Assembly: GCA_951406725.2 (NCBI GenBank)
Contig: OX597816.1
Span: 133,610,001-133,674,000 of the forward strand
Source of the DNA: Octopus vulgaris
Taxonomy: Eukaryota
Length of the DNA: 64,000 nucleotides
Reading direction: 5' to 3'
Of this stretch, positions 1 to 12,860 are shown piece after piece. A program made the translations under genes and the position numbers. The notes beneath the pieces were generated by a model. That model did not search any database, was not told where the DNA came from, and saw only the letters and a list, made by a program, of their open reading frames with translations. The first letter of the stretch is position 1. Each line of letters begins with the position of its first letter.

Positions 1-146
1 AATTGCTCTTGAATTGTTGAAACCAGTGTCCTTGATTTCTTACTTAGACCTATCATTATTATTATTATTATCATTATTATTATTAGGATCCATGTCCAAT
101 CTTTTACATCCTCATACTAATTCCATTTTAAAAAATTTCATTTTAG

Positions 147-231
147 TTGTCAAAGCTCCTGAGTTGGAAAAACATGGCAATGTCTGGGTGTGTACAAAAA
201 GTGAATATGTGTGTACTAGATTTTTCTTTGT
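147..231 (+). CDS. PARP6/PARP8-like mono-ADP-ribosyltransferase, penultimate coding exon (gene starts upstream of window)
   Basis: Acceptor ttttag|147 and donor 231|gtaagt. Reads (x)VKAPELEKHGNVWVCTKSEYVCTRFFF(V), matching the recalled PARP6/8 C-terminal catalytic segment (L.KHG.IWV...D.VCTRFFFVYEDGQVG). The phase-2 end joins exon 839 in frame. PARP6 and PARP8 cannot be told apart from this fragment. Confidence 0.9.
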
Positions 232-838
232 GTAAGTATGGAATGTTCTAATATTTTTTAGGTGGAACTATTTAAATAATATTTTTCTGAATTCTGCTTT
301 AAAATACTTTTTAATTTCTGAGTTTCTTTTTGAACTCATAAAATATCATGTCTACTGATTTTTATCTTGGTGTAATTAGTAATTTTTTTCAATTCATGTA
401 TTAGGAAACTTTAGTTTTTCTAGAACTAATGCTCTACAAAACACTGTGTTAAATGGAAAGTTGAAGAGAAAAGCAAGTTTGTATAATATAAATAAGTTAA
501 GGAGTGATGTACTGAATGTCATATGCAAAGCAATCTCAATTAATTGAAATTTCCGTTGCAGAAAAAAAATCTGGCAGTAATAGTGATTCTCAATGAGAAG
601 TGAAGATAATTTGAAGAAGTTAAGAATCTTATTTAATAATTAATTTTCATACTTAGAGGAAAATCAGTTCTTTGCAGGCAAAGAGTCAACTAAAGTGAAA
701 TCCATGAACACCCCTAAACAATTATGTGAACCAATTTGACACTAAAGTAAATCATATAGATTTAGTTTCTGTAAACTGTTACATATGTAACAGTTTCTCA
801 TTCCAAAAGTTTTCTGAATTCTTTTTGTTTCTTTTCAG

Positions 839-950
839 GTATGAAGATAGCCAAGTTGGCAGCGCTGAAATTAATACGCAAAGGTCTGGGGTGGAATCTC
901 AGATCTTGAAAGCAGTGCAATGTCGTATGAATGCCATGAGAGACAAATGA
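839..950 (+). CDS. PARP6/PARP8-like, terminal coding exon
   Basis: Polypyrimidine tract plus cttttcag|839. G completes GTG(V), then YEDSQVGSAEINTQRSGVESQILKAVQCRMNAMRDK-TGA, matching PARP6/8 'YEDGQVGDANINTQ...I.KEI'. Confidence 0.9.
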
Positions 951-1099
951 CTTCAATGGTAACTTGGGCTTTCAAATATATTTGCATATGAAAGGAATTT
1001 TTTAAAATTCCAATTTAAAATTTCCTATAAACCTTAAGCATTTTATTCAAGCAGATAAAATATATGTAATATGTTGATAGGGATGGGATCTGTGATTTA

Positions 1100-1285
1100 T
1101 AGAACCTTGACCATTTTGTTACTATATTTCTGCTGAAATAGACTGCCTTTATTTCATTTAATTTCTAAAATGAAAGAATTTACTAAAATAACTTTGTCAT
1201 TATTTATCTGTTCCTTGGAATTAATATGAAATTGTGATGGAAGGTTTCAATTTAAATCACTTTTGAACAGGAAGTTTGTATTATA
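1100..1285. mobile_element. Non-autonomous AT-rich interspersed repeat (MITE-like) downstream of the PARP stop; related copy at 13580-13800
   Basis: Shares blocks (ctatatttctgctgaaata ... aaaataactttgtcattatt ... gatggaaggtttcaattt ... caggaagtttgta) with diverged counterparts at 13580-13800. Confidence 0.6.
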
Positions 1286-3399
1286 AGGTAAACTTGGTAT
1301 AATATAACCTTGTGTTGAGGTATCTTTATATACAGAATCTTTAATAAGATCTCTATTTTCAATGAATTCTATCTTTGATAAGACTGAATAACTTAGATCT
1401 AGGGACTGTGAAGAAGACAAAATGTAGCAAAATTTCAGTAGGAATTTCATGGAATTGCATCTTTTTTGTATTAATATAAATAGTAAGAGAAGTATCAGCT
1501 CTGATAATGTACAGCTACTGATCTGCTAAATGGTTCACTTGAGATGTCAGTGATGGTTTGTTTACTCAATGCTATAAAATCAAATTATTTTTGACTCACA
1601 AAATAAGGTTCTTTGAATCTTCTGATATGAACTTAAATATATCTGTCAACATCTGTAATTTTGAGCTATTATTAGCTCTGCACCCTTTCCTTATAAACAT
1701 TACTCAGTGGAGCTAGGAAATTATGGAAACAATTTCTATGATATAATGAGTTTCATGCAGAAAGAATCCTGATATGCAGGCTTTTCTAAATCTATTTTTA
1801 AGTTTGTTAGCTTTTTCTTTTTTTTTAATATATGCATTACTTTATTAATAGATAATGTATGGAACAACCCAACCAAAATATCCTTCCCGTTTATTCAGCA
1901 GATTTTGAGAAGAGGCTGCAATTAATACCAACTGGGTGATGATGCAGCCTTCTCTGTTACCTACTGTCAGATCTTGGAAGTTTCATTGGGCTGTATGTAA
2001 AGGGGTGCTGAGAGGGTATGGTTGTGACCACATAGGCTCCTAAAATAATTAGAAAATGTGTGGTACATGTTATCAAGTCATATGGCTTAAAAGATATAGC
2101 TCATAGTACATTTTTTAATGAAAGTTACAAAGGATTTTGCAATTATGATAGTTTTAATATCTCTCTCCGCTTAACACACTTCGAATAAGATGCTTGCAAA
2201 ATAACACTTTTAAATAAATTGAAAAAACTTTTACTCTAGTTAAAAGTCATTTCTTTATTTTCTTGCAGATAATTGTCTTGATGGTCAAAAATTGCTGAAA
2301 CAAACATGCTTCCCAATTCAAGCTGTGATATCTTCCACTCCCTCCAGCTCATCCAAGAACCAATAATGTTAGTGACTATCTCAAAATATGTCAATTGATT
2401 TTTTTTTTATCTTTAAAAGAAAGCTGTTATAGCAAAACAAGTCCAAAGTTAAACATGAACAAATAACACATATCATCACCATATTCATTGTCTGGGAATA
2501 AAAACACTATAACATGTACAGATTGAAAGTAATAATATAACCTTTCCTACAGAGTTCTTTTCATGGTTGTTGATAATTTTCATCATATGATGAATATTGT
2601 ATAGATTTCTTTGAATTGTTTTTCCCTTTTTATATCAACTATAGTATTTATTATGTGCATCAAAATTCAGACATTAATTCTCTTTCCACAATGTCCTCTA
2701 CTTTGAAATGAAACAGTGTAGTGGTAGGTAATGAAAGAAACACACACTCAGACACACATATATATATATACCTGAAATAATGTGTAATATAAAAGAGAGA
2801 GAAATAGATGTTTTCCATTCAATAGTGCCGAAACTTTGAAGGAAAAAGTCAACTTCAAGCATCAATGGTAAAAGATTAACAGCAGCAAGTTAACAACCTC
2901 TGCTGGATTCTATAATTATGGCAGACAGGAACAAAATACTGGTTGTACTTTATAGTTGTTAAGGAGAGAGAAATTTAGTTTTCATTGAAGCAAAATTTTA
3001 TAAATGTTCTTGATATGAGAATTTATGAAAAACATTTTATTCCTTTTCTCTGTTTTTGAAAAGCATTATTCTCTGTGAATAACATACAAAAGATTTCTTC
3101 CATCCTAATAGATTATTCTAATTGTTAAAACAATATTCTTCTCTTGTGAAAGAGCAACTTTTCATAACTACTGCATCTTGTGATTCCTCAATGAATGAAT
3201 ATTTTCACAGATATCACTTTGGTAATATAACTATTTTATTAAGACTTCCTGAATTTTATTTTTCATTATTTGTTTCAGCATCAGCAAGATATTGTCATAC
3301 TGATTTAAAATGAAACAGTGTTGCTGAAAGTACATATGCAATATAGTGCACAAAGTTGGTGCAGGGAACATTAGCATGTATAATCTATAACATAATGCA

Positions 3400-3533
3400 T
3401 AATGTGTAACAAAATACATGTACCATAGCTATGTATCACTGCAATGATGTATAGTGTGATATATATATGTATATACATGACTGTTATGATGCACACCATG
3501 GTATATACACCATTGCCAAGATGTGCACCTTTG

Positions 3534-3579
<46 letters not shown>

Positions 3580-3880
3580 TGCTACATAAACAATAGCATT
3601 CATGGTACATATTGCACAACCTGGTATATTCCACACCACTTCTGTAATGTACACTATGGTATATAGACCATTCCCATCATTTATTTATGGTATATACACT
3701 CAGGAACAGTATTCAATATTTTACATGTTGACTATCATGGCTGGGTGTATATACCATGAATATATGAAAGCCATATATATAGCACTATCGTGGTGTACAT
3801 TATAGTATACTCCACTGCCATAATGTTTCTATTTATATACATCAAATTTACAGACTGTGGTGTATATAGTTCTGCCTTGA
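3400..3880. repeat. Degenerate minisatellite (catggtatatacacca-like unit) interrupted by (TA)n
   Basis: Recurrent ccatggtatatacaccatt / ctatggtatatagaccatt / atggtatatacact motifs; (TA)n at about 3541-3576. Confidence 0.55.
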
Positions 3881-6049
3881 TGTACAATTTTTTTTATTCA
3901 AGCATTATATTAAAAAGGAAACAAACCTGAAGTGATTATCATAAGAGACACTGGAAATAACCAAAGTTGGCATTTCTAAAGTTAGAGAAAGACAGAAACA
4001 TAAAAATGTTATTTTGAAACTAAAATCCAAAATAAATATTGTTTACAATTTGGAAATGGACCAAGATATTCTAATTGCCCATTGACAAAGAATTTCATAT
4101 TTTGAGAGCAAAATTTGCTTTGCATCTTTGCCCTATCTTCTCATGTCTAAAAACATACCTGATAGATATGTTTTGTTGGTACCATATAATCATTCATATA
4201 TGTGGTAAGATGATTTCCTGGCTGAAAAGTAATGAATCTATCTCCCTCAAGAGACACTAGGTAAGACACCTTGTGGACACCAAAAGGTAAAATTGATGTA
4301 TTACCAGATGGATTCAAACTCCAACTAGAAAGTCTCATATAAGAATGAATAACAGTGTTATTATAGTTATGTCATTACTAAAGCATGAATGATTACTGTT
4401 AACTATTATTGTTGTCATTTCTAACTTGAATACTTCTCATTCTAAAACAAATCTGTAGTTTTCAACTAAACAAGCATAATTTCAGAAATAATATGATATA
4501 TAATCTTTTATATTGTTTATTTATACCTTTTATGCCATTTGTTGTAAATATTGAATGGTATTGAATTTATTTTCTAGAAACATTATGAGAAATATCTTGC
4601 AATTCCATCAGATTATATATTTCTTTTACATTACAAGAGAATATTTGACAAACATGTCGGTTGGTGACCTGTCACTATAGTGGTATACTAACATAAAAAC
4701 GCACAAGAATAAAATATTTCTCAATAAACAAAGTAAGTCATCTGAGTTTATGTTTAAATCTCTATGGCAATGCTGTGTGGAGTTGTCATGTTATTCTTCT
4801 CTTACATAATTTTCCAATAAGGCTTTTGATATGAGGAACAAATGTGTCCCTTCCCTCCTGCCAACTATTTAATCCTCACTCAGTATTTTCTACAAATTTC
4901 TATACTACAAGTTTATTGGTGTTTGTCTGGGGCACAGTAAAACTTGTAATCTGAATTCTCCTTGAAAAGTGGACAAACCTGAATACACTTTCCTAAAATA
5001 ATGAACATTTGCATGTGAAGATAAAGATATCTCATATGTTTGTTTATGGTTAGACATTTGATACTTGAGATATCAATGCGGTTAAATATTTCTAGTTTAC
5101 TTCTTTTCCATTTCAAATAGCTCCATGTTTCTGATGCATTTAGTATCTAACCCTGATAGACAATTAGCAATATGTCAGATATTAATGACATGCATCAGTG
5201 GCCTTGTGGATAAAAAATGTTATTACCTTTAGTTTAGAAACAAAGGTTCTCAGCTTAATCCCTGTCTGGTGCTATATACACATCTTGAAATAAGACATCA
5301 GGTAATGACTAGAAAACAAACTGATGTAAAAAAAAAATAGTGTAGATATTACAAAATAAAATATTTCATGTCTAAAGATGATATTAATAATATGCAAGAT
5401 TATAGTCTTAATAACCAAGTCCCATCACACTTTAAATATCTGTCATTTCTTTTCTGGGCCATTTGGCCATGAACAGTAGCTGGTGACTTCCTCCATAAAT
5501 AGTATATACTTGTCATGGAATTTTCGTGGGAGAATAGAAAGGTAGTTTAGTTTCTCATTACATTTCTTTAGAAGACATCATCTTTTTCGACAAATTCACT
5601 TCACTGACTGGACACCCAGAACATGAGTTGCTCTTACTATTCCACTACCCTGGGCCGGAACCTTATTTTATTGATCTTGGAAGGATGAAGGGTAAAGCAA
5701 ACCTTGAGAGCATTTGAACTCATGAACTCAAAACAAATACTACTAGATATTTTGTCAGGCACTCTAGTAATTCTGCCAATTTGCCACCATTAAAAATTTT
5801 TCAGTAATGCAGAAAATAGAGAGTATGGTAATGATTTCTGGTCAGTAAACATAAATCTGATGCTGGATTAAATCCTACTTATTTTATTCAATAGTTCACT
5901 GTCAAAGAATGAAATAAAAACATTGTCTAAAATACCAGCAAGTTACAAGGAAAGACAAAGTCTCTAAATTATATAAGTGATGGTATATCTTTAAAGTGTA
6001 ATAAGTTTCTGTTGTACTTGTGAGGTCATTAAAATATATCAGTGAGAAC

Positions 6050-7400
6050 CAAGAATAATCATGAATAAACTGAAGATGAAATTTTTTAATTCATGTTTAA
6101 GTGTCTATGAATACAGTTTGCTCAAGATGGGTCCCTTTGCTCAGGACTATCAACTCTGCAATCATGTGGTATAATAGCAACTGGAGTTTCCCCAGTTTCC
6201 TTCAAGAAAGAGACTACTACTGAGAACCTAAAATTAATATTGTTAGTGTTGTAAGAGCAGATGAGTGTATAAACCCCCAATAACTACAGAATTCCTGTGA
6301 GGAGCAATGGTCCTAGTTATTAACTTTGAAAGACATACAGATGGAACAAAACCCTACAAAGTGAAAAATGCAATACTTCTGGCACCATTGGGTCTAGACA
6401 ACTTTGTCCTGAGTGGATCAGCAAGTTAGAAGAAACCAACAAAGAGAAAAGCATAGTGAAGGACACCGTCTTATTAATGAGATGAATGACTGAGAGAGTC
6501 AAAATTATTGGTAAGTTCTCTGTAAACCAGGTGCAAATATAATTTATGCACCTTAATAATCTACTGTAGAATCTTCCATGAGGTTAGAGACATCTCTACC
6601 ATCTTTACTGGTATTTACATCGATAAAAGCATGTTCACTATAGAGAATCAGGAGCTCTCTCAAGCAAACAAAGAATGCTGGACTTGACAGGGTTTTATTT
6701 GAGGTACTCAAGAACTACAGTGTTGGTGAAAAACGACAAGCTGCAACAATACTTCTTTTTGAATATAGTCTCTGTTTCTAAATGTGACTTACAACTCCCA
6801 TTGTATCAGTCTAACTTATATCTCAGCAAAGCTCTACTACAATCAGGAGGTTAAAGATAAAGACAGCCATATACTCTTGAGCTAAAATACAATCAGAATT
6901 GTTTTCTTTGAAGAAGAATAGAAAAGGTAATGAAAAGCAACCCAACCTCTCTCTCTCTCCATTTATTCATATCAAAAAAGGATTTAGTTCAATTCATTGG
7001 TGAAAAATAATCAAGATCTTGAAGGCATATGGAATCTTGCCACACACCCTTCAACCATGGAGGCTATGTACCCCAACACTCTGACATGTGTTATCATCAC
7101 CGGAACACTGGAGTGTTTAAGCAGTTGGCTGCAGTCTTGAAAAGTGGTACAATGGTACTCTTCATATTTATTCATAGTAGTTCTTGAATATACATTTGGG
7201 TAAACAGTTGAAAACCATGAGGATCTAGGCTTGACCATTTTGAGAGATTAGCTTGGTGCCAGTGATTGATCTAGATTTTGCAGATGACATTTACTTTGTT
7301 GTTGGATGAAATCACAAATGCTCAAACCCCTGTATAAAAGCAAGAATATAGCAAAAGTAGACTATATTTCTATGCCAGGAACATGTAATAAAAGGTCTGC
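6050..7400 (+). pseudogene. Decayed non-LTR retrotransposon (RTE-like) ORF relic
   Basis: RT catalytic motif DLDFADDI at 7268-7290. Upstream fragments (FTIENQEL..., AGLD..LFEVLK) resemble the RT N-terminus. Many stops and frameshifts. Confidence 0.55.
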
Positions 7401-7699
7401 GACTAGGATTGGCAAATTTGTTAAATCATTGACTTTTTCATGCAATTATTAAGTTTTCAACTTCCATTATGTAAATTCCTAAAATAAAATTAAGACGTAT
7501 AATTAATATAAATTACTTGACTTGAAAATAATTTCTTCATTCTCTTGTATCATTACTGATTTATGATAAATATTTAAAGAAATTTAATGAAAATACTTAA
7601 AATCAATAAAGAACAATAAACATTCAGTCATATATTGATATAATTGGAATATTTTATGTGAAATATATATTTGGTGAATACTTGTTATAAAATCACAGA

Positions 7700-8760
7700 T
7701 GCAGTCTCACCATATGTTTTTAGAAGCACTATTCAAAGTTAAGAGTTTCACAGCATTTCAAGACTCCTCTTTGTTATCTATTGCATCCATTCTGTTGAAC
7801 TTGATCCAAAAGTCCCTAACTATAAGTTTAACCTCCCTTTGAAAGTTTTTCTCAGATAATATGCCTTGAAGTTAGTTATTACATCTTGATCTATTTGGCC
7901 ATAGCAGAGATGTAGTTTACTATCATATTATCAGAAAGCTCATTTAAGTTTACTGGATGGCTTGATGCATTGTCAAAAAAAATTGAAATATTTTTTTAGA
8001 AATATTATATTGTACATTCTACCTTTCTATAGGAAGCCAAAAATGTTTATAAACTACTCTTGAAAATGGCTCTCAATCATCCATGCCTTCTTATTTGAGC
8101 AGCAAATCAGAAATAAATGAAACTTCCTATGATTCTTGAAAGCCCATGTATTTTCAGATATATGAGTAGGGGCTTTAATTTTGTATCACCAGTAGCATTT
8201 CCTCCAAGAAGAAACTCCAGATGACTGTGGATGCGTTAATTAAATCTTGGTGTTTCAAGAAAATGCAATTTCACAAACATTGCATACTTGCTCTGGTGTG
8301 TAGCTGCCATTAGCAATCATATTTTGCAACTGCTCAGGATAATTAGTAGCAGCCTCTGTATCAGCACTGGCAGTGTCACCATTTATATTTGTGTTGTGCA
8401 AATTCAAGAGCTTCTTAAAAGTTTCAAACTTGCCTTTCCTAGCCAGGATAAGTTTTTCATTAGAAGTTTCTTCTTCTTCTTTCTGCAAATCGATATATAA
8501 ATTTTTGGCTTTTTTTTTAATCACCACCATGCTTAGCAGTACAATCACCTTAGATCTATGAAAAAATAAGGTCTGAATTGTTAACAAATTAATTTCTTGA
8601 GCATTTAATTGTTTTCTCTATTGTTACATATTGTTGCAAGCTTTAGTATTTTGGCAATGTTGGTGATTTTTTTTTCTCCCAAATCAAGTTTAGTATAGAG
8701 TGTAATCCTTTCATTGTTCCTTTTTACACAACTGCCTTGTTTTCCAGTCTTTTTAAATTG
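7700..8760 (-). mobile_element. Tigger/pogo-family (CENP-B-like DDE) transposase relic
   Basis: ORF 8255-8587 has ARKGKFETFK..NLHN.NINGDTASADTEAATNYPEQL...GSYTPEQV.N (Tigger1-type motif). Downstream frames give TGDTKLKPLLIY, SNKKAWM, FDNASSHP, DQDVI and KAYYLRKTF, with frameshifts and stops. Confidence 0.85.
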
Positions 8761-9257
8761 CAGCAACAATCAACAATAATCCACAATACATACGTAGTAA
8801 ACAAAATGGCATTTTTCCTAAGAGAAAATTATTGTTTTAATCTTATGGATGTAATACTGGAAATGAAATGAAAAGGTAAGGGCATGAGGTGGGAGCAATT
8901 ACTGTATAATTACAGGTAGCTGAAGGGTTGCCAGGTTCACGAACACTTCACTCCTTGCACTTCTGACTTAAACCACAAAAACTCCACACTCTACTCACTC
9001 TGTTGTGTTGATATACAACATATGTAGCTACAGATATTACTACCATGCTGATACTATTGTTGTTGTCTGTGGATTATTCAAAAGTTGATGAATTGGTGGT
9101 GTTCATTGTATTAATTTTGAATATTGTTGGTGAAAGTGGTAAAGATGATGGTGGGTGATATTTTTGATATTGGCAGTGATCATATTGTCTTTGTTAATTG
9201 TATTATCACAAGTCAATCCTTATTGACCAAAAATCAAAGGCATTTCTGAAATACACT

Positions 9258-9655
9258 TACTCTACTCTTTACTCTTTTACTTGTTTCAGTCATTTGACTG
9301 TGGCCATGCTGGAGCACCGCCTTTAATCGAGCAACTCGGCCCCGGGACTTATTCTTTTGTAAGCCCAGTACTTATTCTATCAGTCTCTTTTACCGAACAA
9401 GTAACGGGGACATAAACACACCAGCATCGGTTGTCAAGAAATGCTAGGGGAACAAACACAGACACACAAACACACACATGCATATACATATATACAACGG
9501 GCTTCTTTCAGTTTCCGTCTGCCAAATCCACTCACTTTGGTCGGCCCGAGGCTATAGTAGAAGACACTTGCCCAAGGTGCTACACAGTGGGACTGAACCC
9601 TGAACCATGTGGTTGGTAAACAAGCTACTTACCACACAGCCACTCCTGCGCCTAT
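9258..9655 (-). mobile_element. Near full-length tRNA-derived SINE (octopod type)
   Basis: On - strand: head taggcgcaggagtggctgtgtggtaag (A-box) ... gggttcagtccc (B-box), central gcaccttgggcaagtgtctt, internal (TG)n, tail (AAGAGTA)n. Same family as 19331-19890, 22720-22870, 24365-24770, 34550-34910 and 45300-45630. Confidence 0.85.
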
Positions 9656-11644
9656 ACACTTGGGTACATTACCTCATATAATTGTCTTTTATTTTAGTTG
9701 GAATTGCTTATCTTGTTCACATCATTGTAACATTGTTACAATGAAGGAATGGTGGGTTAGTAATGATAGAGACAGCATTGGTTCTAATGTTGACAGTTGT
9801 TCTGTTGGTATGACGATAGTGGTGGTGGTGAAGGTGGATTCAGATAGGGAGGAAGATACATAGATACTCGTTGTGACCCAATGATATATTTACACAAATG
9901 TACATATAAATATCCTCAATGAAATATTCCACCTCACACTCCATAATGCTTATAGTGATGTTCACACAAGCACTTGCATCACAAACACTTATATATATAT
10001 ATATATATAGCTGATCATAGGTATTCAAATGTTTAACTACTTTGATCTAAGCTAAAACACTGAGAAGTGGCCTTTAAACCAAGAAGAAAGTAGAGTTTTT
10101 AAATTCTTAAAATTTATGCATATTCCTACAAGAGGGAAATAATAGACTGTATCCAGAAATTAGCAGTCATATTTTACAATTTCCATCAGCACAAAATGCT
10201 CTAATATCAGGGAAATGTAATGCAGAGGATGCCTACAGTATTTGTATGTTGATCTGCACTTAATATCATAGCGTTGATGTAAGTATTGATTTCTAACACT
10301 GGCATAAAGCCATACATTTTGATAGAGGACATAGTGTGGATAAATAGTTTGCAAATGCATGCCCCAAAATTGAGATTAATAGTTAAAGATTATTACAGTA
10401 GCAATATAATGCAATCATCAACTTAACATTTTTTGATCAGTAAAGAATATCTTGAAGCTCACTACATGGCACCTTGGTAAAGTGTCCTCTAAAATAAGCC
10501 TGAGGCCATCTAAATTTGGTAGTGAGTAGATTTGGTAAGCAAAAACTGAAAGAAGCCAATTATATATGTGTGTGTGTCCTAATCTTGACATAGTGTAGTT
10601 GTAAAACATGCTTCACCATGATAGAAGTGATGTTCTTCACTTAAGATCTTTCACAAAAACATGTCTGGCCATCAGGAAATATCTTGTTCATAAAAAAGTA
10701 ACAGGAAGGACATCTGGCCATAGAAAATCTAGCAATTTTATCTGACCCATGCAACATGGAAAAGTGGATGTTAAAACAATGACAATGATGATGATGATGA
10801 ATGCATTTCATTCAAAGAAATTGAATGATTCTAATACTACTAACATATAATCTAAACATTTTTATATATTTACAATAAGTGGGTATCATTCACTGAAGCA
10901 CTACACTCTTGCCTCTAGTAGTAGATGTAATCATATCTCTATAAAAACAAGAGTTATGATAGTTTACTGAATCCAAAATGATAGAGGTATATCAAGAACG
11001 TTTTAATTCACAATCAGCTAGATATACTTAACATTAATAAATATATTTGTTTACAATCTGCTTTCATAAATATTTCTATAACTTTTCTTTTAATTGCAGT
11101 AAGTGCCTTTTAATCAGTTAAGTTCTTCCTGCAGATTTTGGTGCCTCTCATTTTTCATTTTCTAATCTGGTGTAGAGGCTATCATATGAACCAGATAACT
11201 CCTATCAGTATATTGCAGGTATTTATTTTACCAATCCCTCACTGGAATTGAACTCATTTCAAATCAAGGAGAAACATTCTAGATAATTCTCCATAATCTT
11301 TTTTTTTTTTAATTTATTTATTTTTAACCTAGATGCAAGGGTTTCTGAATAATGAACTATCATTCATTAAATCAACACATGTATTACTGAAACTTATTTT
11401 ATCAACAAAGGAAAGAAAGTCAAGTTCAATCCTAATATAATTTAAATGCAAAAACAGGCATTAAACTTAATGTATCAAATGTAGTGACACTTTCTCCAAA
11501 ACTTATCTTCTGTCAAACTGACAGAGACGCTTTTACAGGGTCACTTAATCTGCTAGAAATAGCAAACCAAATCTGTTTTCAAATCACATCCTTCCATTTT
11601 GAAAAAAAAAGGAAGAAGACATTGTACACTATATTAATATTTCC

Positions 11645-11810
11645 ATGCTGGTGGCAGGTAAAAAGTACCCTGCACACTCTGTTAAGTGGTTGGCATTAGG
11701 AAGGGCATCCAGCCATAGAAACCATGCCACAACAGATGGTTGGAGTTTGGACAGCTCCCTGTCAAACTGTTCAACCCATGGAAGGCTGACGATGATGATG
11801 ATGATGATGA
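11645..11810 (+). mobile_element. 5'-truncated RTE-LINE/SINE 3' end with (ATG)n tail
   Basis: ttggcattaggaagggcatccagcc...aacccatg...(gat)n, homologous to the 3'UTR of the RTE at 61317-62075. Confidence 0.75.
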
Positions 11811-11899
11811 GATATATATATATAAATATGGATCAAAACTGCATATCCTCCAACTTGCAGTATACATCAAGAAATACGATTTATCATATTGCTGTCACT

Positions 11900-12660
11900 A
11901 GAGATATGCCCGTATGCCAAATTTCAGGCCTCTGACTGCCAACAACCCAGATATACCACCTTAGCACCAGCTGCTACTTTACACTGCCTGCACCAAGGTC
12001 AACACTAACAACCAACACCATGAGCAGGACCACTATTTACCAACCCCCAACACCTACCAATTCCCAATGCCCGTTTTGCACATGCATGCAAGCAAATGCA
12101 CATTGGTATATTTGCATGCATGAATGCGAATATACATATACACATATGAATGGATATGTGTGTGTGCATGTATGTGCTTATGCATGTGTATGTACATGCA
12201 CACATCTGCATGTTCAGCCAAGCACGTGTGCATGCACCCATGTACAGATGTGCACACTCACATCAATATACACATGCATGCAAAACTATATGAGCATGGC
12301 TGCACACCCACATATAAAACTATATACTTGCACATGCCACCCCTTCCTACTTTCTCCCCAACAACCTGACCAACTTCTCGTTTATTTCCTGTCCTCCATG
12401 TGGTCAATTTCCTGTTCATCATGCAGTATTTTCCAACTAACTGTTACCCATATACCAACATCAAACTACAACACAGCGTGACCTTCCTTGACCAATTGCA
12501 GCCTACCTTACAGTAATAACAATCAACTTCTACCATCCAAATTCAAAATGGCTGACGACTGGCATCACACTTGAAACTCAAGAGTACCAACCACTTTGAC
12601 CTATACATGTAACTCCCAATAAATTGGTTGAGTGCCCTTCTTTCATTTGTCCACTCACTT
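11900..12660 (+). mobile_element. Probable degenerate Penelope-like element 3' end/pLTR with hammerhead-like core
   Basis: CTGACGA(12552-12558)...GAAA-CTC-AA-GAG-TA with flanking TGG/CCA stem I, then AATAAA. Preceded by (CA/TA)-rich simple repeats. Stem II is poorly paired. Confidence 0.45.
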
Positions 12661-12685
12661 GTGTGTGTGTGTATATATATATATA

Positions 12686-12860
12686 CCATCATCATCATTG
12701 TTGTTTAATGTCTGCTTTCCATGCTGGCATGGGTTGGACAGTTTGACTGAGGAATGGCAAGCCAGAAGGCTGTACCAGGCTCCAATCTGATCTGCCAAAG
12801 TTTCTACATGCCACCAGCACGAAGGCCAGTCAGGTGATACTGGTATTGACCACGCTTGAA
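12686..12860 (-). mobile_element. RTE-LINE/SINE 3' end fragment
   Basis: (cat)n ... tttccatgctggcatgggttggacagtttgac...accaggctccaatctgatctg, same family as 61317-61510. Confidence 0.75.

Noticed and set aside
841-909. Alternative frame MKIAKLAALKLIRKGLGWNLRS for the + exon
   Set aside because: The upstream exon ends in phase 2, and only the YEDSQVG frame continues the PARP6/8 match.
3400-3880. Repeat-spacer pattern suggestive of a CRISPR-like array
   Set aside because: Units are degenerate and variable with no constant repeat, in a eukaryotic context; better explained as a decayed minisatellite.
12005-12481. Overlapping 67-153 aa ORFs
   Set aside because: Low-complexity (CA/TG/TA) sequence with no recognisable domain.
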